Origin: Candidatus Poribacteria bacterium | GTDB lineage: Bacteria; Poribacteria; WGA-4E; PCPOR2b | Direction of reading: 5' to 3' | DNA: 64,000 nt | Assembly: GCA_965215015.1 (NCBI GenBank) | Contig: OZ244042.1 | Location: forward strand, 2,176,001-2,240,000 | In this document: positions 20,953 to 31,003 of the stretch, piece after piece | Layout of the letters: every line of letters begins with the position of its first letter | Position numbering within the stretch: position 1 is the stretch's first letter | Notes under the pieces: generated by a model | What the model was told of the DNA's origin: nothing | Seen by the model: the letters and a program-made list of their open reading frames with translations, nothing else | The model's database searches: none | Translations under genes and position numbers: made by a program

Positions 20953-21033
20953 GGCCCACGAGAAAATAATAAACAAATATGCCCCCTATCCCCAATACTT
21001 GCCCTTGTGATGGTGGGTATGCACCCCATTAGA
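20427..21033 (+). repeat. Copy B of the ~600-bp direct repeat, forming the RpoB C-terminal domain and 3' flank
   Basis: Aligns to 10078-10675 and is 9 nt (3 codons) longer. Confidence 0.97.
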
Positions 21034-21144
21034 TTGGGAGTCGGAACATGATGTATGAAGTGTGGAAGAGGAGAAGTCCGAAAAAATAGAAGTGCTTCTC
21101 TTCTAATCTTCTAATCTTCTAATCGTTAATAAGGGAGAATAGCC

Positions 21145-24100
21145 ATGTCAAATCAGATCCAAGAACGAACAACACAGGCGGGAAATCTGAACAATTTTGA
21201 TGCGATTTCAATCCGAATCGCTTCGCCAGAATACATTAAGGAATGGGCAAAAAATACAGCATGTCACCAGCGGACTAGTGGATGCACGACCAGTAACTGT
21301 GCATGTGGCGAAGTCCGGAAACCTGAAACAATTAACTATCGCACATTTCGGCCCGAACGAGATGGCTTGTTCTGTGAGGCGATTTTTGGGCCACAAAAGG
21401 ACTGGGAATGTGGATGCGGTAAGTACAAACGAATTAAACACAAAGGGGTAATCTGTGATCGATGCGGTGTTGAAGTGACTCAGCAGAGGGTGCGCCGTGA
21501 ACGGATGGGGTATATCGAATTGGCAGCACCGGTATCGCATATCTGGTTTTTCAAAGGATTGCCTTCCCGGATTGGATTGTTTTTAGATCTCCCATTTCGT
21601 GATATTGAGCGGGTTATCTATTTTGAGTCGTTCATCGTATTAGAAGTCAGCGATCCAGACTGTGACCTTGGGGAAAAACAGCTCCTCACAGAGCGGGAGT
21701 ACACGCAATATCGAACTAAATTTCCCGATGGCTTCCGTGCCGACATGGGTGCCGATGCGATCCAAGAACTGTTGGAGCGAATTGATTTAGATCAGGAGAT
21801 CGCAACCCTGCGCGCCGAACTTGAGGGGACCAAGAGCGAGCAAAAAAAACGGAAGCTGCGCAAGCGGTTGGAATTGGTGAGGGGCTTCAAACAGTCAGGC
21901 AATCTGCCGCACTGGATGATTCTTACCGTGATTCCGGTAATTCCACCCGACCTACGTCCGCTCGTAGCTCTCGACGGAGGACGGTTTGCCACTAGCGATT
22001 TGAATGATCTGTACCGGCGGGTGATTAATCGGAATAACCGGCTAAAACGTCTCATGGAACTCCGGGCACCAGAAGTGATTATCCGCAATGAGAAACGAAT
22101 GCTCCAAGAAGCAGTTGATGCGCTACTCGACAATGGCCGTCATGGTCGCATGGTAAAAGGCCCGGGCAATCGTGGCCTGAAATCCCTTTCCGATATGCTC
22201 AAGGGGAAACCGGGACGTTTTCGTCAAAACTTGCTCGGCAAGCGCGTGGATTATTCGGGACGGACGGTCATTGTGGTTGGACCAGAACTCCAGTTGCACC
22301 AGTGTGGCTTGCCAAAGAAGATGGCCTTGGAGTTGTTTAAGCCGTTTATCATTCATAAGCTGCAAGCAAAAGGCTATGCCCACACTATCAAACGGGCGAA
22401 AAATATGGCAGAGCAGATCTCGCCAGAGGTGTGGGAGGTGTTGGAAGAGGTCATTGACGAGCATCCCGTGCTCCTGAACCGGGCGCCAACGCTACACCGA
22501 CTTGGGATTCAAGCGTTCCAACCCGTGCTTGTCGAAGGAAAAGCAATTCGAGTCAACCCACTCGTGTGTGAAGCATTCAATGCGGATTTTGATGGAGATC
22601 AGATGGCAGTGCATGTCCCATTAAGTGTTGAGGCACAGGTTGAAGCAAAACTACTGATGATGGCAACGCGAAATCTTCTCAAGCCGGCACATGGTGGAGC
22701 CATTGCGGTGCCGAACCGAGATGTTGCAATGGGGTGCGGCTTCCTCACAAAAGCTGTTCCAGAAAAGGAATGGGAGAGAGTATGCCAAGTGTCAACCCCG
22801 CGAATCTATCGAGATCCGGAAGAGATTATTCTCGCACACGATTGCGATGCCCTTGGACTACATGATCCGGTAAAACTCTACCTCGATGGGGCTACGCAGC
22901 CAATCGAAACAACCGTGGGACGAGTCATCTTTAACCAGGTTGTTCCTAATGAGTTGTTGTTCACAGATGTCAAGACGCAACAAACGCTGCCATTTGCCAA
23001 CCAAGAGATGGGTTCGCGCGATCTCTCAAATTTAGTGTCTCGTGCTTTTGAGGAGTTGGGAAATCGCCAAACTGTGGGGTTTATAGATGACTTGAAGCGG
23101 CTGGGTTTTCATTACGCAACCCTTGCCGGACTCTCTATTGCTATGCAGGATATGATCATCCCACACCAAAAGGGGGAGTTGATAAGGGAAGCACGGAAGC
23201 AGGTCGAACAGATCGAAGAGGACTTCCAAAGAGGCGACATGGACATGAGTGAGGGTGAACGCTACAACAAAGTGATTGATGTTTGGCATCAACTGATCGA
23301 ACAAATCGAAACCGCCTTGTTTGATGGGTTGGAACAGGGACGGGAGGATGAGGTTGAAGGATTTAATCCTGTTCATATCATGGTGGACTCAGGCGCGATT
23401 TCTCGAAGCAAGCGGGATTCAATTCGCCAACTGGCAGGCTTGCGCGGATTGATGGCAAAGCCTTCCGGAGAGATTATCGAACAACCAATTGAGTCTTGCT
23501 TCCACGAAGGGTTGTCGGTGCTTGAATACTTCATCTCGACCCACGGGGCGCGGAAGGGACTTGCCGACACCGCGATTAAGACTGCTAGTAGTGGTTACCT
23601 GACGCGGAAGTTGGTTGATGTTGCACAAGACGTAATGATAACAACCGTGGACTGCGAAACGCTTGGCGGTGTTACTAAAACGACGGATGAAGAAGAGGAG
23701 AGTCCGTTCTCAGAACGGATTTTCGGGCGCACAGCAGCCGACGACATCGTCGACTTGAGCACAAATGAGGTGCTAGTGCCAAAGGACGAGTTGATTACCC
23801 AACACGCAGCAAAGAAAATTGAGGCAGTTGGTATCCCTGAAGTCCGCGTCCGATCTGTTTTGACCTGCGAAGCCCCCAAAGGCGCGTGCGCCAAATGTTA
23901 CGGCACCGATTTGACAAGCGGCCATTTGGTCGATGTCGGGGAGGCAATCGGTATTATTGCAGCACAATCAATTGGGGAGCCGGGGACCCAGTTAACTATG
24001 CGAACGTTCCACACAGGTGGCACCGTCAGTGGTGGTGGGTCCCAATCAAGGATTGAAGCTCGGCATGATGGGAAGGTTCAATATCACAATGTCAGGTTTA

Positions 24101-25389
24101 TTGAACGTCCTGTTGAAGAGGGGCAGCAGTCCGATGTGGAGACAGAAAAGATTGTCCTTTCCCGAAATGCACAGATCCAGATTATTGATGTGCATGGATA
24201 TGCAGTCGAGCGGCACGCTGCTGATGTCGGCGCACGATTATACGTCGAAGATGGGCAAAAAGTGACTAAAGGAAATTCCCAAAATGGGAAACAGGCAACA
24301 TTGTTGCTTGAGTGGGATCCATATCAAGTGCCGATTCTGACAGAACATGCCGGACGCGTCGTGTTCAAGAATATTGTTGAAGGCAAAACGATGCGTGAGG
24401 ACAAAGCCACCGGTTCAGCAGAACGGGTTATTATCGAACACAGAGGCGAGGATCAGCCGCAAATTGAGATTCAGGATGAGGCCGGGGAAGTCCTGATTAG
24501 CTATCAGATGCCAACAGGAGCCCACCTTTCAGTTACAGATGAGGAGCAGGTGGAACAGGGAGCTGTCTTAGCGCGGTTGCCGCGTGAAAAAGGGCAGAGC
24601 CGAGATATTGTAACAGGGTTGCCACGAGTCACTGAGCTCTTTGAGGCACGGCGACCGAAAGACGCCGCTGTGATCTCCGAGATTGAGGGATATGTCGAAC
24701 TAGAGGGGGCTAGCCGTGGGGTGCGCACCCTACGGGTGGTGAATGGAGACCTCCAGAAGAGCCGTCGCATTCCACAGGGCAAGCACCTAATTGTGCAGAA
24801 TAATGATAGGGTCGCTGCCGGAGAGCGGTTGACAGATGGGCCAATCAATCCGCACGATATCCTGGAAGTAAAAGGGAAGGAAGCGGTACAGAACTACCTG
24901 GTCAATGAAGTCCAAGATGTTTACAGAACACAAGGCGAGCGCATCAACGATAAGCACATTGAGGTCATTGTGCGGCAGATGCTGAGTAAGGTAAGAATTG
25001 AGAGTCCAGGTGATACAGAGTTTCTCGAAGAAGAAGAAATAGAACGGGCAAGGTTCCATCGAGCGAACCAAGTTGTTGAACATAACGGCGGGCAGCCTGC
25101 AACGGCTGACTCAATCTTACAAGGAATCACGAAGGCATCCCTATCCACGGAAAGCTTCATCTCTGCTGCTTCGTTCCAGCAAACAACCAATGTGCTAACG
25201 ACAGCTTCGGTTGCCGGTAAACAGGATCGGCTCGTTGGTCTGAAGGAAAATGTTATTATGGGACATCTTATCCCCGCAGGAACCGGGTTATCTAAGTTCC
25301 GGAAGATTCGCACTTTCCCCACAACGGAAGCACAGCCTGAGTTTACTGATTCTTTATCATCCCCGGTTGATGAACCGGCAGCGGATTGA
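21145..25389 (+). CDS. rpoC: RNA polymerase beta' subunit
   Basis: KPETINYRT, Zn finger CGCGKYK...[16 protein letters not shown], catalytic [20 protein letters not shown] and LKENVIMG motifs. Confidence 0.99.
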   Translation: MSNQIQERTTQAGNLNNFDAISIRIASPEYIKEWAKNTACHQRTSGCTTSNCACGEVRKPETINYRTFRPERDGLFCEAIFGPQKDWECGCGKYKRIKHKGVICDRCGVEVTQQRVRRERMGYIELAAPVSHIWFFKGLPSRIGLFLDLPFRDIERVIYFESFIVLEVSDPDCDLGEKQLLTEREYTQYRTKFPDGFRADMGADAIQELLERIDLDQEIATLRAELEGTKSEQKKRKLRKRLELVRGFKQSGNLPHWMILTVIPVIPPDLRPLVALDGGRFATSDLNDLYRRVINRNNRLKRLMELRAPEVIIRNEKRMLQEAVDALLDNGRHGRMVKGPGNRGLKSLSDMLKGKPGRFRQNLLGKRVDYSGRTVIVVGPELQLHQCGLPKKMALELFKPFIIHKLQAKGYAHTIKRAKNMAEQISPEVWEVLEEVIDEHPVLLNRAPTLHRLGIQAFQPVLVEGKAIRVNPLVCEAFNADFDGDQMAVHVPLSVEAQVEAKLLMMATRNLLKPAHGGAIAVPNRDVAMGCGFLTKAVPEKEWERVCQVSTPRIYRDPEEIILAHDCDALGLHDPVKLYLDGATQPIETTVGRVIFNQVVPNELLFTDVKTQQTLPFANQEMGSRDLSNLVSRAFEELGNRQTVGFIDDLKRLGFHYATLAGLSIAMQDMIIPHQKGELIREARKQVEQIEEDFQRGDMDMSEGERYNKVIDVWHQLIEQIETALFDGLEQGREDEVEGFNPVHIMVDSGAISRSKRDSIRQLAGLRGLMAKPSGEIIEQPIESCFHEGLSVLEYFISTHGARKGLADTAIKTASSGYLTRKLVDVAQDVMITTVDCETLGGVTKTTDEEEESPFSERIFGRTAADDIVDLSTNEVLVPKDELITQHAAKKIEAVGIPEVRVRSVLTCEAPKGACAKCYGTDLTSGHLVDVGEAIGIIAAQSIGEPGTQLTMRTFHTGGTVSGGGSQSRIEARHDGKVQYHNVRFIERPVEEGQQSDVETEKIVLSRNAQIQIIDVHGYAVERHAADVGARLYVEDGQKVTKGNSQNGKQATLLLEWDPYQVPILTEHAGRVVFKNIVEGKTMREDKATGSAERVIIEHRGEDQPQIEIQDEAGEVLISYQMPTGAHLSVTDEEQVEQGAVLARLPREKGQSRDIVTGLPRVTELFEARRPKDAAVISEIEGYVELEGASRGVRTLRVVNGDLQKSRRIPQGKHLIVQNNDRVAAGERLTDGPINPHDILEVKGKEAVQNYLVNEVQDVYRTQGERINDKHIEVIVRQMLSKVRIESPGDTEFLEEEEIERARFHRANQVVEHNGGQPATADSILQGITKASLSTESFISAASFQQTTNVLTTASVAGKQDRLVGLKENVIMGHLIPAGTGLSKFRKIRTFPTTEAQPEFTDSLSSPVDEPAAD

Positions 25390-25582
25390 GCCTGAGTAGT
25401 CTAATATCTTAGTACTTACGCAGTTGACCTCTCGACGCCAACACCAGAAAAGGGCGCGCGATGTTCATCGTTGGCTGAGCCAAACTGGTGTGCTAGAGTC
25501 ATGGTATCCTCAGCGATTGATCGCCGGTGAAGATGCCTCTCAACGCCCGATAAATCAGGCAACTCCAGTTCGTCCGACAATA

Positions 25583-25720
25583 GTAGGGATACGCCGCTGT
25601 GCTGTACCCTGCTTGCGCTCCTCCCTCCGCTTGCGGGGGGCTTACCGGAGGAAGGGGAGTGACAGTATACGCCGTATGCCGACTCCCTTAAAGCCGCGGG
25701 TTGAACCGCACTGCTACAAA
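25583..25720. repeat. Cluster of REP-like palindromes downstream of rpoC
   Basis: Hairpins GTAGGGATAC...GTACCCTGC, CCCTCCGCTTGCGGGGGG and AGGGGAGT...ACTCCCCT between convergent genes. Confidence 0.5.
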
Positions 25721-25742
25721 CTCAAGTGCGTAACTCCTATAT

Positions 25743-26582
25743 CTACTCGGCAGTTGACAGAAAATTGCCCAATGTTTTCCACGAGTTGACGAGCAGAATG
25801 GTTCCCCGATAAGACAGTGATGAATCAAATCGCGTTCCCTCTTGGAGCCGCAGGGTTGGGACACGAAATCGTTCAATCGTTTGTATCGCTGTGCGGTTCT
25901 GCCCAATCAGTACCCCTAAATCTGCGTCGAGGATAGCGAGAAAATCTGAGATCGAATCTCCAATATACAGTGTCCGTGTTACTCCCCCGTCCCCGATTTC
26001 ATCAGGATTCGGGGGATTTTTCTTTTGTTCCCTGAACTTTCTTAACTTATCCCGTGCCGAAACCACATTCAGGTGGATATCACCGGTCGAACGTCCTGCC
26101 GCATTATACATCAAACTGTTGGCGATTACCCGATTGCATAGCTCTTCCGTCGCACCTTGAATCAAAGCCTCCGACCAATTAGCGGATAAGATCTCAACCT
26201 CAACGCCATTCGCTCGCATAGCGGATAGCACCCAGCCAACCCCCGGTTTCTTGACGACATTCCGTCCAACTGCTCTTAACCCTTCCCTTGTAAGCCCTTC
26301 CAGAAAGCGTTTCGCCATCACCTTTTGTATAGATGCTGTTTCCAGTTCCTCAAAGGCTTTCAGGAAATCCACGATTGAATGACAACGGTTCAGCCACCCA
26401 TCGGCTATCTGACGATACCGCACCCAATACCATTCCACCATCTCTCGCCAAGCTGTGAGGAACTGTGCTTTTTCATGCTTACGGTTTTCAGCCGCTGTAT
26501 GCACAAGGATGCTGATGGTATCTCGTTCCGATATCGTTTCGTCAAAATCGGTGATGAGTTTATCTATTGGATATTTTGGCAT
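25743..26582 (-). CDS. HAD-superfamily phosphatase
   Basis: Motif I DFDETI, ILSANW, and YIGDSISD motif IV. Confidence 0.85.
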   Translation of the reverse strand: MPKYPIDKLITDFDETISERDTISILVHTAAENRKHEKAQFLTAWREMVEWYWVRYRQIADGWLNRCHSIVDFLKAFEELETASIQKVMAKRFLEGLTREGLRAVGRNVVKKPGVGWVLSAMRANGVEVEILSANWSEALIQGATEELCNRVIANSLMYNAAGRSTGDIHLNVVSARDKLRKFREQKKNPPNPDEIGDGGVTRTLYIGDSISDFLAILDADLGVLIGQNRTAIQTIERFRVPTLRLQEGTRFDSSLSYRGTILLVNSWKTLGNFLSTAE

Positions 26583-27026
26583 ACTTCAATCCCGCTTTGA
26601 GTTTTTCCTATACCTCTCAGAGAGGTGTCTGGAGCGGGTGAACCGATCTTGTCGTTTCTGAAAAGAGGGAGGGTTTGTTTGCGCCAGACACAGTATCCAA
26701 AAGCTTTACCATTAATTGTCTGTTTTCTCCCTTAGGGAAACTGGATTATCATATCGAAATCCGGTTGAGTCCCCAATCAAACAGTAAGCGCACGGTTTTG
26801 TCCTATAACCTTGGTCAGGGTGAGTGCTAAAATTGATTGAAATCGGACACCTCGCAATGAAAAGGCTGAACTGATGAGACTTCTCAAGCAAAAACACGGG
26901 CTTACTACCCCCACAAGCCCCGCCTAACCTGTATCTGAGTCAGGTGGGCCTAGCCCCGGTTCATAATGCAACATGGCAGGTGTAGTTAGGAGAGAGCACC
27001 CCCTTTAGCCTTGTATTTACAATGTA

Positions 27027-28049
27027 TTACTGCGGCTTAAATTGTACTACTAATTTCTCCGCCCATGTTTGGTTGGCGTCAATGGTCCGTCCGGCATTAT
27101 GTGGTGTATGGACGACATTATGCCGTCCCAGGAGGGGGTCGTCTAACGGAAGCGGCTCGACATCCCAGACATCAGCGGCAAGACTCAATTCGTCAGTAAG
27201 AACCCGCCTTCGCAACGCCTCCATATCACAAATCCCTGCACGCGTTGCCAAAACCACTAGACAACCTTTCGGCAGCGCGTTGATATGCTCTGCGGTGACA
27301 ATGCCCCGCGTTGATTCTAACAAAGGCACCATCGGTGCGAAGATTTCAGCGTCTTTAACGAGTTCAGAGAGGTACCATTCCTTCCGAGAACCCGCGCGGT
27401 GAAAACAGGGCTCACTGGCATACGGATCCCAAACCGCTACATCTGCACCCAGCATGTTCACAAAGCTGGCGTAGCGACTGCTAATGTTTCCGGCACCGAC
27501 AATACGCACCCGTTTTCCGGCAATCGTGCCACTGGTAAAGTTTGAATCATCACCAAATTGATGTCCACGCCCCCCGGGACGACCCATGCCGTTGGGTGCT
27601 TCGTAGTCCCAAGGTTCTAGGCTGCTAAGGATTGCACGATGTAGTTGTGGGATGCGCCGTAAGCCGCACAGCGTCAGTGCAAGACCGTACTCCGCCACAG
27701 TTTGTCCCCAAAAGCCCTCGGTCGGATGATTATAAACCGTGATTCCTACCTGCTGGATATGTTCCTGAATCGGTCCCTCTGATATACTACTACCGTAGCT
27801 CCCTTGGAAGGTCGCCTCCTCTAGCACGGTAAAACGCTGCAGACACTCCAACGTTACAGGTACACTAAGACATGCAAGTCGTTTAACTTCAGTGGGCTGT
27901 GAAGCAATCTCACCGAAGTGTCGCTGGTCACCGGGTTCAAGACGTATAAACTCAACTTTTCCCTGCGCCTGCCACAGTGTGTGAAAGTGATCGGCTGCAA
28001 AGGGCCAAACGCCATCAAATCTGGGATGGACCACAATTAAGCTGCTCAT
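27027..28049 (-). CDS. D-isomer-specific 2-hydroxyacid dehydrogenase
   Basis: VRIVGAGNI, DVWDVEP and TPHNAG motifs. Confidence 0.88.
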   Translation of the reverse strand: MSSLIVVHPRFDGVWPFAADHFHTLWQAQGKVEFIRLEPGDQRHFGEIASQPTEVKRLACLSVPVTLECLQRFTVLEEATFQGSYGSSISEGPIQEHIQQVGITVYNHPTEGFWGQTVAEYGLALTLCGLRRIPQLHRAILSSLEPWDYEAPNGMGRPGGRGHQFGDDSNFTSGTIAGKRVRIVGAGNISSRYASFVNMLGADVAVWDPYASEPCFHRAGSRKEWYLSELVKDAEIFAPMVPLLESTRGIVTAEHINALPKGCLVVLATRAGICDMEALRRRVLTDELSLAADVWDVEPLPLDDPLLGRHNVVHTPHNAGRTIDANQTWAEKLVVQFKPQ

Positions 28050-28198
28050 TGTTAATGCTCCTTTCTGATAATAATTTCAATCAATGCCTTCCGCATTATA
28101 ATTAGCCATGTATTCTCGTAAGGAGATTTAGTGACTTTGTCGTCACGAAAAGAAACAAATCTTTCGATCTGGATCTGGTATGAGCCACACGTTGGAAA

Positions 28199-29257
28199 TT
28201 AAACGCCTGTAAGTAGTTGAATGTATGCCCGAGCGACTTTCAAATCTTCCAACGCCTCCTCCGAAGTGCAAGGGGGATTCGCCTCTCCCTTGATAGCAGT
28301 CACGAAGTTGATTGCTTGTTGCCGCATGGCGTGTACCAAAGGGAGTTGTGGCCCGATGGTCTCTGGAGTAATGCCGTTACCGGGATCTCGTAGTATCTCA
28401 ACACGACCGGGACGGTTACTCGCTAGCGGTGCTGGTAATTCAATTTTTATATAACCCTGTTCAAAACATACGAGCGCAGATTCCTGCCAATCAATTGTTG
28501 TGCTGTAAGGAGACATTTCAATGGCACAGGCGATACCGCTCTCACTCTGCCCTGCCAATAGTACACCAGAAGGATCCGCATACGCGACCGTGTAGGGTTC
28601 TCCAAGCAGGTAGCGTATTAGATTAATCTGATGGATGTAATAGTTGACGAAGCCGTTATATTGGTTGCGAACTTCATCAGTCATATCAGCGGCAGGTGCG
28701 TCCCATTCCAATGCAGGAGGTGAGGAATCGTCTCGAATCAGGTCATTGAAACCACCTGCCACCCAGTCCCCGGAAGGCATTAGAATGCGAACGTACGTCA
28801 TTTTTCCAAGTTCACCCGATGCTTTGAGACGTTCGATTTCTGACCTGGCGTACATCGTTGCTAAGTCGCTGCGTTTGTGGTAGCCGACCATGTGCCACGT
28901 CCCACTCCTCCTCATGGCCTCCACAATTTTTTCACCCGCTTCGATGGAAGCGGCAAGCGGTTTCTCTGTAAAGACTGGAACCCCCGCCTTGAGAAGTTCA
29001 GGCACAAGTATCCCATATCGACCAAAAGGTTGGGCAGCCACAATACCATCCAGTGTTTCATTTTGCAGCATCTCTTCGTGCGTGGGATAGGTATTTGGGA
29101 TACCGTAGCGGGGAGCGACCTTTCGGCGCAGCGATTCACGTATCTCAGCGATCGCAACAACCTGACAAATATCCAGATTCGCATAATTCTTCAGGTGGGC
29201 GCATTGTCCCATGTTGCCAACACCGACGAATCCAATTTTAACTTTCTGCTCCGGCAT
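28199..29257 (-). CDS. Gfo/Idh/MocA family oxidoreductase
   Basis: IGFVGVGNMG, FTEKPLA and VGYHKR motifs. Probable start MPEQK at 29257. Confidence 0.9.
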   Translation of the reverse strand: MPEQKVKIGFVGVGNMGQCAHLKNYANLDICQVVAIAEIRESLRRKVAPRYGIPNTYPTHEEMLQNETLDGIVAAQPFGRYGILVPELLKAGVPVFTEKPLAASIEAGEKIVEAMRRSGTWHMVGYHKRSDLATMYARSEIERLKASGELGKMTYVRILMPSGDWVAGGFNDLIRDDSSPPALEWDAPAADMTDEVRNQYNGFVNYYIHQINLIRYLLGEPYTVAYADPSGVLLAGQSESGIACAIEMSPYSTTIDWQESALVCFEQGYIKIELPAPLASNRPGRVEILRDPGNGITPETIGPQLPLVHAMRQQAINFVTAIKGEANPPCTSEEALEDLKVARAYIQLLTGV

Positions 29258-29554
29258 ATTATGATTCCTTCCTGAAACATATCTTATCAAATTTCCCGGA
29301 CACGGTCAATCTCAAAATCGCAGCTGTCCGTAGGGGAATTGTATGGAAATAGTATGCAGGACTTTGGCATACACCGATGGAAATGTACTCATAGCCACGG
29401 GTTTCCCAACCTGTGATCCCCCTCGGATTAGAAAATCCCTATTTCATCGAGGACCGCCACTCCGCCACGACAGCGGTTAGCTCTAGTTTCTGATTGGTCA
29501 CTTGCTTAATTCCTATAACAGATGGAATTCTCCTACATCTGTCCACTGCTGATA

Positions 29555-29583
29555 TTGACAAAGTTTCTCAGTACCCTTATAAT
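29555..29583 (+). promoter_or_regulatory. Perfect consensus sigma70 promoter
   Basis: TTGACA, 17-bp spacer, TATAAT upstream of the Ldh_2 gene. Confidence 0.75.
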
Positions 29584-29666
29584 GAACACCTACCTAACGA
29601 AATAGACACATGGAATCATCTGAAAATCCTTAATTCACAATCGATAATAGCCGGAGGAGATCGATA

Positions 29667-30725
29667 ATGCCAGTTTTCACAGCGGAGGTATTGGCACAAA
29701 CAGGCCTGAAGGTGTTCCGTGCCATGGGTATCTCTGATGCAGAGTCTGAAGTCGTGACACGCTCAATGGTTGACGCCAATCTGGTCGGCCATGACTCACA
29801 CGGGATCATTCACTTACCAAAGTATGTTCGCGAAATCGAGGAAGCCCTGATTCAGCCGGGGGCGACGATTAAAGTTAAACGAGAATCTCCTTCGATGGCA
29901 GCACTAGATGGAAATTGGGGATTTGGGCCCGTAATTGCGACACATGGGATGAAATTAGCGATTGAAAAGGCAAAGGCGACCGACGTTAGTACGGTTACCA
30001 TCTCCCGTTCTAATGAAACCGGTAGGTTGGGAGGATACGTGCTGATCGCGGCGGCGGAGATGATGATCGGGATTTTGACAGTGAATGACCATGGCGGTGG
30101 TCAAAATGTCGCGCCTTATGGGGGAATCGAAGGACGGCTTTCGACCAATCCGCTGGCTTGTGCCATCCCGGTTGAGGGACGGGAGCCTATTTTGTTGGAT
30201 ATGTCCACCAGTGTCGTTGCAGCAGGAAAAGTGCGTGTGCAACGACATCGAAAGGAACCTGCTCCGGAGGGATGGCTTATTGATGCTTCGGGAAATCCGA
30301 CAACCAACGTCGAGGATTTTTATGGATCTCCCCCCGGTGCGCTGCTTCCTTTTGGAGGAATCGCCGCGCAAAAAGGATTTGGACTCGGTGTCGTCGTCGA
30401 TATTCTCTCTGGAGCGTTGAGTGGCGCAGGCTGCACTTGTAAAGAGGGTTCAAGGGTGGGCAATGGTGTGTTCATCACAGTCATCAACATCTCCAGTTTT
30501 GTAGACCTTTCGGAGTTCAACGCGGAGGTCAATCGCTTCATCGACTACATCAAGTCTGCGAAACGTTCTCCCGGTGTCGAGGCAATTCGTATCCCGGGCG
30601 AGCGCGGTAGGAGTGAACAAGAGAGACGGAGGCGGGAGGGAATCTTTATCGAAGAAAACACATGGGAGCAAATTCAAGCGGTTATGCGAAAATATCAACT
30701 TCCAATTCCTGATTCGTTGACATAG
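29667..30725 (+). CDS. Ldh_2 family (malate/L-lactate/ureidoglycolate) dehydrogenase
   Basis: GHDSHG, DGNWGFG, STNPLA, LDMSTS, KGFGL and IPGE motifs. Confidence 0.92.
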   Translation: MPVFTAEVLAQTGLKVFRAMGISDAESEVVTRSMVDANLVGHDSHGIIHLPKYVREIEEALIQPGATIKVKRESPSMAALDGNWGFGPVIATHGMKLAIEKAKATDVSTVTISRSNETGRLGGYVLIAAAEMMIGILTVNDHGGGQNVAPYGGIEGRLSTNPLACAIPVEGREPILLDMSTSVVAAGKVRVQRHRKEPAPEGWLIDASGNPTTNVEDFYGSPPGALLPFGGIAAQKGFGLGVVVDILSGALSGAGCTCKEGSRVGNGVFITVINISSFVDLSEFNAEVNRFIDYIKSAKRSPGVEAIRIPGERGRSEQERRRREGIFIEENTWEQIQAVMRKYQLPIPDSLT

Positions 30726-31003
30726 CCGGTTTCGATTGCAAATCTATCGGATTTTGTTCGCGCTTCCGTCTCCAGTAAAGCCTCTAAGCGTCAATCCATA
30801 AACGCTTTAGGTAGGGAGAACTCTTGCTTTTTTTCACCAACTGTGCTACTTTAGGGTTTATTGATGCTATTGTCCTAATGCAAAGGTCAGTCGACAGACA
30901 TTTCATTCCTCCAGTCGAGATTTCTATACTGTAATAGGAGTTACGCACTTGAGTTTGCTGGACGTATCCCGAACTTGGGGCGCAAAGTATACAGGGAGAT
31001 CTT

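Noticed and set aside
10078-21033. Repeat pair as a diversity-generating retroelement TR/VR
   Set aside because: Mismatches are not restricted to adenines of one copy, both copies are coding, the repeat is ~600 bp, and there is no reverse transcriptase in the window.
25424-25789. 121-aa ORF downstream of rpoC
   Set aside because: It spans REP-like palindromes, overlaps the convergent HAD gene and has no recognisable motif.
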